A stretch of 64,000 nucleotides of DNA from Akkermansiaceae bacterium (GCA_051251915.1 JBPOGF010000003.1:32001-96000), one strand, 5' to 3'; counted from the first letter of the stretch, positions 47,901 through 57,248 are shown. Numbers and translations: made by a program. The notes: generated by a model not told the origin, from the sequence alone.

Positions 47901-48969
47901 CATTTCTGCTCTCCCACTTGATGCTAACACAGATAAATTCTCGTCACTCACTCCACTAAACCAACGCAACCAGATCAACCCAGCTAGCGAGATCTCCCTA
48001 ACCAGTCTAACAGAAGACCTCACACAAGATGCAGACTCTGCTGACACAGGGTTCTGGCTCAATGGATATTATTATAGAAAGGACAATGCCTTTAACCTCA
48101 ACTCGACCTCAGTTCCGGCTTGGACTGCATTTCTTTCAGGAACGTTAGGCATCAACCGCGAACTTAATGATGGAACTTCACTCAACAACGGGCTTGCTGG
48201 ATTCGCTAGGTATAGAAAGCCTTCTGGAGCAGCTGACTCAGATCAACTAGACCCAGAAAATACTGATGCTTGGAAAGGTTTACGTTCTCTTACAGAAGAT
48301 GAAATGGAACGGCTCGCCACAGCGATAGTGGATGAAGTAAAACTCCGCGGGCCATTCATCTCAGTCGCAGATTTCGTAAACAGAAGGCTCACCGATCGAG
48401 ATGATGAGACATCGCAGATGGGAGCACTAGATGCCGCCATTTTCAAAGCAGAGCTGAATAAATCTTTTTACGATCTCAATCAATACGATACTAGCGTGAT
48501 TAATCGCGGATCTGATAGCGATTCCAGAGACAACAACGAGAGCACCTTTAAAGATGAATATCTCTACTCATCAGGTGGTAGCACGACCACTAGCCAAGCG
48601 GCAACCAAGACTTGGGGGCTACCTAGCTTCCTGATGCAGTCAGACTTGCTAGAGCCACTTGCGCCCGCACTTACTACCAGAGGCGACACCTTCACTATCC
48701 GTGCCTACGGGGAATCTAAACGCAATGGAAAAGTTGTCGCCCGTGCCTACATTGAGGCCATCGTAGAGCGCAGTCCGCATTATATCCAGCACCAGTACAT
48801 CGACGACACAGCCACTAACAATCAAGCCAACCTACCTACCGACTCCGTCATTGAAATAGACCCTCTCACCGGAAAAATCACGGAAGGAAACCTAACTGAA
48901 ATCAACCAAACACTAGGCAGGAAATACCGCATTAAGTCATTCCGTTGGTTGAACAAAGGAGAAATATAA
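44986..48969 (+). CDS. Giant GspK/PilX-type minor pilin, Verru_Chthon cassette protein A-like (copy 2)
   Basis: DRG|FALISCIAIMSLLLMF with no Glu5. Motifs ARANAR, AFNLNSTSVPAW, VKLRGPF..ADFVNRRL, TRGDTFTIRAYG, KSFRWL. Confidence 0.75.
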   Translation: MKAYQNRQTRRKIHKATSGARGSDRGFALISCIAIMSLLLMFSVAILKLSTIETRQANESIAQEEARANARLALEMALAQLQYATGADQVVTARADLLSNDQTISNKNWVGAWSTTFKQNSIDPAWPLIGQKTDSGNAIYAHEGAYSDLRETVSLLTDGKWKNELLIDWLVSSPAEKFDPSIVLDPTDESVIEILGKGTLGESIVEPDYIADRVLVKKIDISDESAIAWWTSDNNQKASVKPRQISDAENEITSSPIENPKFIQLDSAYPFEDFQEKAISKKDKIISLDSSHLSQDAPLSAKESLGRFTHDLTYHSPGMFINTAKGGFQRDLTPLLFAKKGDKTVEFVAPSSRVSDTAFSSDYPIIASKYHDVLAPTFSALRYWGLQRYSAGNTIDTTLSNSASRVRSSTNWAHNQSDGVTFESVDWAAEMPKTHPLMTDSRWHYYFSINGSSIRTHIIPRVCLWNPYNTEMEIDEMVVMMPNPFYKASGGFHFYFEDGEVQRVQNDTPNSSDYIHQWVKKQASPIGDLYKSRLQATDLFPERRYLAFTLKGATLAPGECHVFSPSISSPDVAAGGVSLSAYEPDNIAKNTLSSDAVQGEDHFYFDIASTQIEIQTSSSWKTLSSSTQSKLNLEMIHDYRPETGELVENFPFILKASNGTIPSLSDLLTSRSHPTLQLINNGTGGVAPSYYFSYTGSPWGSANTIGSFGSMQSFQDAPYKDAPGTHQVGAKLVWLDESTTEGNRAPLRYGTSSTTRWDKDHMAYHPATIANWNVRAQLTSRSPIAQCAEKWYLFSTGPWILQFIPKTPQDANDSPQLNYNGTAFVKNPLGLAVNFSSSPNVVLFDLPHREHGIHSLAAMRHAMLSPYSWHPSYIIGHSLRDPHAPADTTTHPEVVSSAGSGGLNHWDQHIGGYKAGFSYGASNEKNDSQDLLQIGSAAVTRSIDSTSLSSNNDILPYDVAYEVNQNIWDDYFISALPLDANTDKFSSLTPLNQRNQINPASEISLTSLTEDLTQDADSADTGFWLNGYYYRKDNAFNLNSTSVPAWTAFLSGTLGINRELNDGTSLNNGLAGFARYRKPSGAADSDQLDPENTDAWKGLRSLTEDEMERLATAIVDEVKLRGPFISVADFVNRRLTDRDDETSQMGALDAAIFKAELNKSFYDLNQYDTSVINRGSDSDSRDNNESTFKDEYLYSSGGSTTTSQAATKTWGLPSFLMQSDLLEPLAPALTTRGDTFTIRAYGESKRNGKVVARAYIEAIVERSPHYIQHQYIDDTATNNQANLPTDSVIEIDPLTGKITEGNLTEINQTLGRKYRIKSFRWLNKGEI

Positions 48970-49052
48970 GTGGAATCATCGAACCAAATTTAACCTCAGA
49001 AAATAATTCTGTCCCTTCTTAGCATTCTGTCTAAACTACCTAACTTAAAGTA

Positions 49053-49955
49053 ATGAAAACTTACCTCCATAAAATTCTCTTCATCTCGCTTTCCTGCTCG
49101 CTCATCTCTGGAGCACAGGAAAAAGCGAAGAAAAAAGAGATTCTGCCAGCTAAGCTAGCCATCATCGCGATTGGTCCCAAGCCACCACGAAGATATGGCG
49201 GTGATGGAGGGAAGGGATCTAAGTCAGCTGGCGCTATGCTTCCGCCCCATCCTGGTGAAATTCCTCCAAGAAGGTTACATTTTGACGTAACAAAGAAGAA
49301 GAAAAACTCATCGACAAAGACTGACGATAAAGAGCCAAAGCAAAGCTCCATCAACGTCACTTTCAATAACCCATCTCATTTCATAGAGGTTCCGCCTAAT
49401 AAAACACTGAGCCTTCAGCGCAGGGAGCAAAGCGAGTATAGTAAGTATATTAGTATCGGCCCACTTCAGCCAGGATCTATGACGGTGATACTTCTAAGGC
49501 CGACCGGAACAGGTTTCAAGCGCTGGGTCTCCGAACCTACGCAGCACAAAATCAATCTCTTCGCTGATTCACTCAAGAACAAGAAACTGGCTATTCTTAA
49601 TCTCAGTCGCCGCCCGATAAAGAGCATTTTTCATGATGACAAAAAGATGATCACATCTGGTGGATTTCAAGCCTATGAGAGCATCGAGGGTTTAGAGCTA
49701 CACCGCATGGCAGCGGCTTATGGACAAGAAGATAAAATTATCTACAACACCGCTCTAAGGCTGAACAAAAGCAACCGCCTTCTTTTCTACGTCCTTTATG
49801 ACGCTAATCCTAACACTAACGATGGAAGAACTGTAGGACTCTTCCGAACTAGTGTGGAGCCTGAGGTGAAGCCAGAGCCAACTTCGGAGAAGGAGCAACA
49901 GATTCCTGAAGAACTTCCGACTGAGTTATTAAAAGGAACTGTTTCGGAACTTTAA
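49053..49955 (+). CDS. Secreted hypothetical protein, partner of giant pilin copy 2
   Basis: Sec signal (SGA|QE), similar by eye to 19631..20338. Confidence 0.7.
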   Translation: MKTYLHKILFISLSCSLISGAQEKAKKKEILPAKLAIIAIGPKPPRRYGGDGGKGSKSAGAMLPPHPGEIPPRRLHFDVTKKKKNSSTKTDDKEPKQSSINVTFNNPSHFIEVPPNKTLSLQRREQSEYSKYISIGPLQPGSMTVILLRPTGTGFKRWVSEPTQHKINLFADSLKNKKLAILNLSRRPIKSIFHDDKKMITSGGFQAYESIEGLELHRMAAAYGQEDKIIYNTALRLNKSNRLLFYVLYDANPNTNDGRTVGLFRTSVEPEVKPEPTSEKEQQIPEELPTELLKGTVSEL

Positions 49956-50111
49956 AGCCGAGGAATGGCTTGCTCTGGAACTTACTCGCGACTTTATCCG
50001 CGAAGTCCTTTGTTTCTTAATTAGTTGGGATGTTGTAAAAAAATGGGATTTTCTTGTAACCTAGTGTAGGTTAACTTCTAATTATAACCAGAATCTAAAT
50101 TCCAACTAACT

Positions 50112-51674
50112 ATGAAACTAAAGTCACTATTACTCTCAACCGTGCTCGTTGCCTCCCCGTGGATAGCAAGTGCCCAAGCCGGCAAGAAGGCGGACCTCCA
50201 AGACGTTACTAAAAACCTCGACATGGATGGTGAATTCTTCGTTGCTAACAGTATTGCTGGAGACATCAGCGCACTCACAGCGATCGGTAACGATTTTGTG
50301 AAAACGGCGCAAGAAAATGGCCACAAGCGCATCCCTAAAGACCTCAATGTCAAGGCGATACTCAAGGATATGGGCGTTGATCAAATCCTAGCTTACGGCC
50401 GCAGTGCTAAGCACATGGATGATCACTGGGTGAACAAAATGTACCTCCAGAATAACGGAAGTAAAAAAGGGATCTTCTCGTTAATGGGTAAAAATAACAG
50501 TACCTATGATGTGATTAATTTTGCACCATCTGGTTCTGATCTAGTGGCTGAGTGGAGTGTCGATACTAGCCAGCTATTATCTAGCATGAAGAGCGTGCCT
50601 AAGTGTGAGAAGACAACCAAATTCCTCAGTCGCAAGTTGCCATCTGGTGAGACAATGGAAGACATGATGAATTCATTTAAAGCGAAGATGAGCCTAGCGG
50701 TGAAGCTTGATGACGAGAAGCGAGAAGTCTGTCCTGTCTATCCGGAATACACATTCCCCAAAATGCATGGCATCATGAGAATGAAAGGTGCTAACCAGAT
50801 CTGGAATCAAGTCGGTAAGATGGCAGGATTCGTAATGAAGGTAGAAAAGCAAGAAGACGGAACATTACTCCTGACTCCACGCAAGCAGAAAAAAGGCATG
50901 AATGTTGTGTTACTTATGGATACCAGAAATGATCTACTTTGGGCAGCAACGAGTCCTGAGTTTCTAGCAGAGTGCCGTGGTGATGGTGCTAAACTAGCTT
51001 CTGACGAAGACTTCAAGACTATCTCTGATGGTGTGAAAAAAGGAAAAGCACTCGCTTATATTTCTAATCAAGCATGTCTCGAGATCAAGCAGGTGAAGGA
51101 GGCTAAGGTCAAAAAGATGAACAAGAAACGACTTTCAGATGACATGATTCAGAAAATTATGGACTACCTCACTGAGTCTAAAAACGGTTATTTCGCAGAA
51201 GCACATAAGAGCAAAAAGGGAATCAACTATGTTCTAAAAGCACCACTCCCTATCAAAGAAATGATGTGTGGTAAGCGTGGCTTTAAGAAAAAAGGCTGCT
51301 CAAGCTGTAAAGGATCATCAAGTTGTGATAAAGGTTGCTCATCATGCCAAAAAAGCGAAGCTAAAAAGGGATGTGCTTGTGAAGCAGGTAAATGCAAATG
51401 CGCCAAAGAGAAGACTAGCTGTAAATGTGAAAGCGAATGCAAATGCGCTAAGGACAAATCTAAGGCTACACCGAAAGGAGCTAAGCCACCTAAATCAAAG
51501 GCAGCAACTGAAGGGCCTGTAGCACCAAAAGCGAAGAAGAAGGCTGATAAAAAAGCTGAAGCTAAGAAAGCTAAGCCGGCTCCTAAGAAAGAGGCTAAGC
51601 CGGCACCTAAGAAAGAGGCAAAACCAGCGCCAGCTAAAGACTTCACCACTGGTGGGGACCAAGGTGATATGTAG
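50112..51674 (+). CDS. Secreted hypothetical protein with Cys-rich (metallothionein-like) and Lys/Ala/Pro-rich tail
   Basis: Signal peptide. 14 Cys within 60 aa (51267-51446), then AKPAPKKE repeats. Confidence 0.7.
   Translation: MKLKSLLLSTVLVASPWIASAQAGKKADLQDVTKNLDMDGEFFVANSIAGDISALTAIGNDFVKTAQENGHKRIPKDLNVKAILKDMGVDQILAYGRSAKHMDDHWVNKMYLQNNGSKKGIFSLMGKNNSTYDVINFAPSGSDLVAEWSVDTSQLLSSMKSVPKCEKTTKFLSRKLPSGETMEDMMNSFKAKMSLAVKLDDEKREVCPVYPEYTFPKMHGIMRMKGANQIWNQVGKMAGFVMKVEKQEDGTLLLTPRKQKKGMNVVLLMDTRNDLLWAATSPEFLAECRGDGAKLASDEDFKTISDGVKKGKALAYISNQACLEIKQVKEAKVKKMNKKRLSDDMIQKIMDYLTESKNGYFAEAHKSKKGINYVLKAPLPIKEMMCGKRGFKKKGCSSCKGSSSCDKGCSSCQKSEAKKGCACEAGKCKCAKEKTSCKCESECKCAKDKSKATPKGAKPPKSKAATEGPVAPKAKKKADKKAEAKKAKPAPKKEAKPAPKKEAKPAPAKDFTTGGDQGDM
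51570..51641 (+). repeat. 24-nt tandem repeat x3 (AKPAPKKE)
   Basis: gctaagccggc(t/a)cctaagaaagag twice plus a diverged third copy. Confidence 0.8.
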
Positions 51675-51705
51675 GTTCTTTTTCACTAATTAACTTTAAA
51701 TCACC

Positions 51706-51737
51706 AAGGCCTCGGGTTTATTCCTGAGGCCTTTTTT
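51706..51737 (+). terminator. Intrinsic terminator
   Basis: AAGGCCTCGGG-tttatt-CCTGAGGCCTT followed by a T-run. Confidence 0.8.
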
Positions 51738-51850
51738 CTGTTTGGATTAAATTCTTTAGAAGGCTAGGGGTAAGGTTTTTCCGGAAGTAGGTTTTAGGGG
51801 TGTCCGAAGGGTCGCTTGACCGAGGAGGGGATAGGGGGTAGGACTTGGGT

Positions 51851-52333
51851 ATGCCTGAGTTAAAGAAGCTAACTGCCATCGTGGCGATGACTCCTGAGCG
51901 AGTGATCGGAAAAGATAATGATCTGCCTTGGAGGCTGCCTGAGGATCTGAAGATGTTTAAGCGGACTACTGCAGGGCATCCGGTGGTGATGGGGCGTAAG
52001 ACATGGGACTCATTGGGGAAATATAAACCACTTCCGGGGCGACAGAATATCGTGATCACGCGTGATGGTGCTTGGTCTGAAGATGGGGCAACGGTGATAC
52101 TTTCGCAGGAGGATCTGCGGGAAATCGAACTACAGGATGAGCATGTTTTTGTGATTGGGGGGGCGCAGATTTATGAGTTGTTTTTGCCGCATTTGGATGA
52201 GTTGATTGTGTCACATGTATTTAAGCAGTATGAGGGTGATACAAAGTTTCCAGAATTTAGTGAGCACTTCAGCGAGTATGAGGTGTTGGAGAGTTTTGAG
52301 GAATTTGAGGTTCGGCGGTATTTCAGAACTTAG
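51851..52333 (+). CDS. folA: Dihydrofolate reductase
   Basis: IVAM..VIGKDNDLPWRLPEDLKMFK, VVMGRKTWDS, PLPGRQN, IGGAQIY and GDTKFP motifs. Confidence 0.95.
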   Translation: MPELKKLTAIVAMTPERVIGKDNDLPWRLPEDLKMFKRTTAGHPVVMGRKTWDSLGKYKPLPGRQNIVITRDGAWSEDGATVILSQEDLREIELQDEHVFVIGGAQIYELFLPHLDELIVSHVFKQYEGDTKFPEFSEHFSEYEVLESFEEFEVRRYFRT

Positions 52334-52385
52334 TTTACATGCCATTTACATTGTTTTCATTACTCTGTGCTATAGTTTTGGAGTT

Positions 52386-53555
52386 ATGAATAAGTTAAAA
52401 AAGATAGTTGTAGGGAGCTGTGTCACGGGTATGGGGTTAGGAATTTCTCCGCTGATGGCGAAGCCGGTGAGTGTGGAAAGAGGTGAAGCGCCTGGGCAGG
52501 CTGTTAACATAGTGAAACGGCAGAAGACGGTGGAGGTGTGTTTTGTGCTAGATACAACGGGCTCAATGAGCGGCTTGATAGAGGGGGCGAAGCAGAAGAT
52601 CTGGAGTATTGCTAGTGAGATAGCACAACGTCAGGACTCGCCCAAAATAAGATTTTCATTGGTGGCGTATCGTGACCGTGGTGATAGCTATGTGACGCAA
52701 GTAACGGATCTGAATGAGGATCTCGATGTGGTGCATGATAAGCTGATGAAGTTTGAAGCCAATGGAGGAGGGGATTCTCCAGAGTCTGTGAATCAGGCGC
52801 TGAATGAGGCGGTGACCAAGATTAAGTGGACTAAGGGTAAGGATGTGACTCGTATCGTTTTCCTAGTGGGAGATGCGCCGCCGCACATGGATTACGAGCA
52901 GGATGTGGAGTATAAAGTGAGTTGTGCATTGGCGAAAATGGATGGGATCATCATCAACGCAATTCAGTGTGGAGTGATGAATGATACCATTGCGCCTTGG
53001 AAAGAGATCGCGGAACTAGGTGGTGGAGATTACATTGCTTTGCCACAGGATGGTGGCGTGGTTGCGATTAGTTGTCCTCAGGATAAAAAGATTTCCGAGC
53101 TTACCGTGAAGCTGAATTTATCAGTGATTCCTTATGGTACGGCAGAGCGACAGCTTCAGGCTCAGTGGAAAGTGGATAACTCTAACAAAATATCTGGAGA
53201 GTATGCTGCGATGAATTCAACTCGCGCTGGTTGCTTATCGGTTCATGGTGGTAGCGTGAAAGCATTCTTGGGAGATAATGACTTAGTTTCAGAATGGGGA
53301 GACAAGAAGGTAACGTTGGAAAACCTGAAGAAGGAGCATTTACCGGATGAGTTTAAGAAGATGGATAAAGAGAAGCTTGTGAAGGTGCTGGATGAGAAGA
53401 TGAAGTTGCGCGCCCAGATTAAAACTGAAATGGACGTACTTCTCGCTGAGCGTGAGAAATTTTTAACTCAGGAGCTAGCGAAAAAAGGTAAGGGTGTGAA
53501 TGATAAGGCATTCGATGTGAATGTAGAGAATCTGCTTGAGAAGCAGATTAAGTAA
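52386..53555 (+). CDS. Secreted von Willebrand factor A domain protein
   Basis: Signal peptide from ATG 52386. MIDAS FVLDTTGSM, GGGDSPE, VGDAPPH. Confidence 0.88.
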   Translation: MNKLKKIVVGSCVTGMGLGISPLMAKPVSVERGEAPGQAVNIVKRQKTVEVCFVLDTTGSMSGLIEGAKQKIWSIASEIAQRQDSPKIRFSLVAYRDRGDSYVTQVTDLNEDLDVVHDKLMKFEANGGGDSPESVNQALNEAVTKIKWTKGKDVTRIVFLVGDAPPHMDYEQDVEYKVSCALAKMDGIIINAIQCGVMNDTIAPWKEIAELGGGDYIALPQDGGVVAISCPQDKKISELTVKLNLSVIPYGTAERQLQAQWKVDNSNKISGEYAAMNSTRAGCLSVHGGSVKAFLGDNDLVSEWGDKKVTLENLKKEHLPDEFKKMDKEKLVKVLDEKMKLRAQIKTEMDVLLAEREKFLTQELAKKGKGVNDKAFDVNVENLLEKQIK

Positions 53556-53596
53556 TCATTCTAAGCTTAGTCTCTAGGCCTCATCACAGCAGAATA

Positions 53597-55711
53597 CTAT
53601 GATGGGGTGTGGGGTTCAAAGGTGGTGGACTGGAGGTAAGCATTTGCTTTGGTGGCTTTCTCGGCGGCTTCTTGGAGTGAGGCCTGGAGGCGTATTTGTT
53701 TAGTTTTTGTCCTAGGTGACGGCTTTCTTACTGAGGTGCCGTCGTTCTGGATGATGTGGGCATTCTGGTTGTCTTCGAATGCGGTCTTGAGAATTTCTGT
53801 TAGACGTTTTTTTGCTTTGGAGTCTGCGATGGGGATCATGAGTTCCACACGCTTTTCTAGGTTGCGGGTCATCCAATCTGCGGATGCGATGTAGAGCTCT
53901 GGGGTGCCACCTTTGTGGAAGTAGAAGATGCGAGCGTGCTCAAGATAGCGGTCGATCACGGAGACGACTTCGATGTTTTTGGAGAGACTTTTGTCCTGAG
54001 TCTTGAGGCAGCAGATTCCGCGGATGTTGAGCTGGATTTTTACGCCAGCTGCTGAGGCTGCGTAGAGGGCATCGATGATTTCTTGGTCTTGTAGTGAGTT
54101 GACCTTGGCTATGATCTGGGCTGGCTCGCCTTGTTTGGCGCGCTTTGCTTCGCGGTTAATTTTGCTGATTAATGCACGCTTCATTTCTGTTGGTGCAGGG
54201 ATCAGTTTTTTGAGAGTGGTGAGCTTGGATCTACCGGTGATGGCATTGAAGAAAACGGATGCGTCTGCACCGTAGCTGTTACGTGCTGTTAGGTATGAAG
54301 CATCAGTGTAGAGCTTGGCTGTGGATTCGTTGTAGTTGCCGGTGCCGAGGTGTAGGTAACGTTTGATGTTGCCATTTTCATTTCTCACAATGAGGAGGAT
54401 CTTGGCGTGTGTCTTGAGGTTCTTTACGCCGTAGACGATCTGGACACCTGCTCGCTGGAGTTCGTCCGCGCGTTGGAGGTTACGGGCTTCATCGAAGCGG
54501 GCTTTGAGTTCTACGAGGACGGTGACTTGCTTGCCATTCTGTGCAGCGCGGATAAGTGCATCAATGATGCGGGAGTTACTGGCGGTGCGGTAGAGAACTT
54601 GTTTGATGGCGAGGGTGTATGGGTCAGTGGATGCTTCCTCAATGAGGCGTATGACTGGCTCAAAACTTTCGTAAGGATGGTAGAGAAGAACATCGTTGGC
54701 AGCAATGGTCTCAAACATGGACTGCTCAGGTGGAAAGGCTGCTGATGGTTGGGGTTTCCATTCAGGATCACGTAGGTTGTCTTGGCCGGGGAGGAATGCG
54801 ATGGACATGAAGTCTGCTAGGTTAAGAGGTCCAGAGATGCGGTAGACGTGGTCTTCTTCTGTTTTCTCGTCAGTGTTGGTGACGGTGCAGACTGCTCGAA
54901 GTAGGTCTTCTGAGATGTCTGCTGGGATTTCTAGACGGACGGCTTTGCTGAATTTCCTCTGATTGAGGATATCTTCCATTTCACCGGCGATGTCCATGGC
55001 GTCTTCATCGTGTAGGATGATGTCTCCATTTCTGGTGATGCGGAAGTGTGAGCTATCGATGATAGTTTCTTCAGGGAAAAGTGTGTGAGCATTGTGGCTG
55101 ATGACTTCTTCTGCAGTGATGATGTGGAGGGCGTTGTCATCTGTGATGTAATGAAATCTGTCCACTAGGCTAGGGACAGGGAGGAATACTGTGCGGGTAT
55201 TCTGCTCTGCATCTTGGAGCTTGAGGATGAGAGTGATTTGGTCTGCTGGTAGTGATGGTATGGATTCATATTCATCTTCTTCAGCATCAAATCCTAGAGG
55301 TGTGAGGGTGGGGAAAATGGTGTTATTGAATTTTTCTGTTAGAGTATTTCTGTGGGCGTGGCTGAGTTCTAAGAGAGGTGTGAAATAAATCTCATTTTCA
55401 GCTAACTCAGGGGTAAGTTTTGTTTCTAACAGCTCGCTGAAATCTTGATACATGGTGTAGATGCGAGTGCGGATGGCGCTGAGCTGCTCTACGACAGTGA
55501 GGCCAGTGATGTCTGTGGCATGAGAACCAGCCATGAGTTGAGCGCTAAGTCCGCCAACACGTACTTGGAAAAACTCATCAAGGTTTGATGCTGTGATCGC
55601 GAGGAATTTTACTCTTTCAAGCAGTGGTAGGTCATCACGCTGAGCTTCGCTTAGGACGCGTTGGTTGAATTCGATCCATGAGAGTTCACGGTTGATGTAA
55701 TGAGTGGACAT
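53597..55711 (-). CDS. ppk1: Polyphosphate kinase 1
   Basis: YINRELSWIEFNQRVL, SNLDEFFQVRV, HPYESF, ELKARFDE, KTHAK, GTGNYN and ASADWMTRNL motifs. Confidence 0.96.
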   Translation of the reverse strand: MSTHYINRELSWIEFNQRVLSEAQRDDLPLLERVKFLAITASNLDEFFQVRVGGLSAQLMAGSHATDITGLTVVEQLSAIRTRIYTMYQDFSELLETKLTPELAENEIYFTPLLELSHAHRNTLTEKFNNTIFPTLTPLGFDAEEDEYESIPSLPADQITLILKLQDAEQNTRTVFLPVPSLVDRFHYITDDNALHIITAEEVISHNAHTLFPEETIIDSSHFRITRNGDIILHDEDAMDIAGEMEDILNQRKFSKAVRLEIPADISEDLLRAVCTVTNTDEKTEEDHVYRISGPLNLADFMSIAFLPGQDNLRDPEWKPQPSAAFPPEQSMFETIAANDVLLYHPYESFEPVIRLIEEASTDPYTLAIKQVLYRTASNSRIIDALIRAAQNGKQVTVLVELKARFDEARNLQRADELQRAGVQIVYGVKNLKTHAKILLIVRNENGNIKRYLHLGTGNYNESTAKLYTDASYLTARNSYGADASVFFNAITGRSKLTTLKKLIPAPTEMKRALISKINREAKRAKQGEPAQIIAKVNSLQDQEIIDALYAASAAGVKIQLNIRGICCLKTQDKSLSKNIEVVSVIDRYLEHARIFYFHKGGTPELYIASADWMTRNLEKRVELMIPIADSKAKKRLTEILKTAFEDNQNAHIIQNDGTSVRKPSPRTKTKQIRLQASLQEAAEKATKANAYLQSTTFEPHTPS

Positions 55712-55715
55712 GATT

Positions 55716-57248
55716 TTATTTTTCTTCGTGTATGTGGATTTCTAGGCCGAAAATGTTTTGGAATAAGTCGCCTTTTGATTTCATGGCGATGCGCTCAACG
55801 GTGGCGTCATTAACGTCTGTTAGATAGATGTTAAGTATCTCAGGGGTGAAGTTGACGTGGAGGTTATCTGCGCGAGATGAGTGGGTGCGGTCAAGTGCGT
55901 CTGCTATTCTAAGTAGACTGGCTAGCTTGGAGACTCGCATCTGTTGGTGAGTGTCGAGATCACGATAGATGGAGTGGGAGGGTTTCGGTGGAGAGTTTCT
56001 GTGATAGCGGGCAATGAGTGCTACGATCTGGATGTCAGAGTATGATAGCCCGAAGATGTCACTATTTTGGATGATGTATTGTGAATGTTTGTGGTGGGAT
56101 TCATCAGCGATGAATCCGCCACATTCGTGCAGCAGTGATGCGCAGTGTAGTAGGAGCTTGGCTTGGGGGTCTAGCTTGTGGAGGTCATCTAGCTCTTCAT
56201 AGAGGTAGAGCGCGGTAGCTGTGACTTGTCTAGCGTGCCTTCTGTTGATGCGGCATTTCTTAGCGAGCTCCCACGCAGATGCGGTGACCTCTTCTGTGAA
56301 TGATGCGGAGGACTCATGAGAGAGGTGGATGTCTTGGAGTAACTCGTTCTCGTAGTGGCTTCCGGGAATGGTGATTTTGTCCAATCCTAGTACTTGTGCA
56401 ATGCAGGTATTGATGGCGATGGCAGATGGGAGGACCTCGGCTGTGTGGTAGTCGATGTTGTAGTGGGAGACGATGTCATCGTCATCCATGTTGATGACAG
56501 AATCATTAATCTTTTGCAGTTTTTTAAGCGTGCATTGAGATTTTCTACCGCTTACGAGCTGAGGTTGGAGGAGCTGGATCTCATAGCCGATGAAGATGAC
56601 TTCTTGAAATTCTATTCCATGAAAGTCCTCGATGAGGGAGTCTAACTGACTATTGATGTGGTCATGGAGAAGCTGGTTGGTATGGGTGTCATCGATGGCA
56701 TTATTGCGGACTTCCTCAGTCGCGCGGTAGATGCCGATGCGGTAACTTTTATAGGATTCGATTTTTCCTTCTTTAAAGAATAATGTGCGAGTGTTCCCTG
56801 GACCGGCATGAACCACGAGGGTGTTGTACTGCTCCATCTCTGGCTTATCTAGCAGACGGCGGCGCGTTTTCATGTAGATGAGTCGGGTCATTTCGCCGTC
56901 ATCTAGGACTTCAACGGTGATGCCACAGCTGATCTGCAAGCGGTTGATAAAGATATCTTTGTTGGCTGCTAAGGAGAGGATGTTTGTGGCTACTATGCGG
57001 ACACAGGTGTCTTGAGGGTTGATGCCTAGCTCTTGTAGGATGGCATTGTATCCTGATAGAATGGAGACACAATTTTTGATAGTAGACTTGGTGATCTCAC
57101 GTCTACTGAAGATGTCATGCGCGAGCGAGGTAGACTTCTCCAAATACTCGATCTGCTCACCAGCTTTATTTGAAATGAGGAAGGAAATAGAACTAGCGCC
57201 AATATGGATGGCCGCGCTCAATTTCAAAGGTGTAAGTAGAGGATCCAT
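55716..57248 (-). CDS. ppx: Ppx/GppA-family exopolyphosphatase with HD domain (atypical ASKHA motifs)
   Basis: Ppx architecture adjacent to ppk1. C-terminal LLHECG, HHKHSQYII, ARYHR, LRIADALD. N-terminal motifs read HIGASS and HAGPGN. Confidence 0.8.
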   Translation of the reverse strand: MDPLLTPLKLSAAIHIGASSISFLISNKAGEQIEYLEKSTSLAHDIFSRREITKSTIKNCVSILSGYNAILQELGINPQDTCVRIVATNILSLAANKDIFINRLQISCGITVEVLDDGEMTRLIYMKTRRRLLDKPEMEQYNTLVVHAGPGNTRTLFFKEGKIESYKSYRIGIYRATEEVRNNAIDDTHTNQLLHDHINSQLDSLIEDFHGIEFQEVIFIGYEIQLLQPQLVSGRKSQCTLKKLQKINDSVINMDDDDIVSHYNIDYHTAEVLPSAIAINTCIAQVLGLDKITIPGSHYENELLQDIHLSHESSASFTEEVTASAWELAKKCRINRRHARQVTATALYLYEELDDLHKLDPQAKLLLHCASLLHECGGFIADESHHKHSQYIIQNSDIFGLSYSDIQIVALIARYHRNSPPKPSHSIYRDLDTHQQMRVSKLASLLRIADALDRTHSSRADNLHVNFTPEILNIYLTDVNDATVERIAMKSKGDLFQNIFGLEIHIHEEK

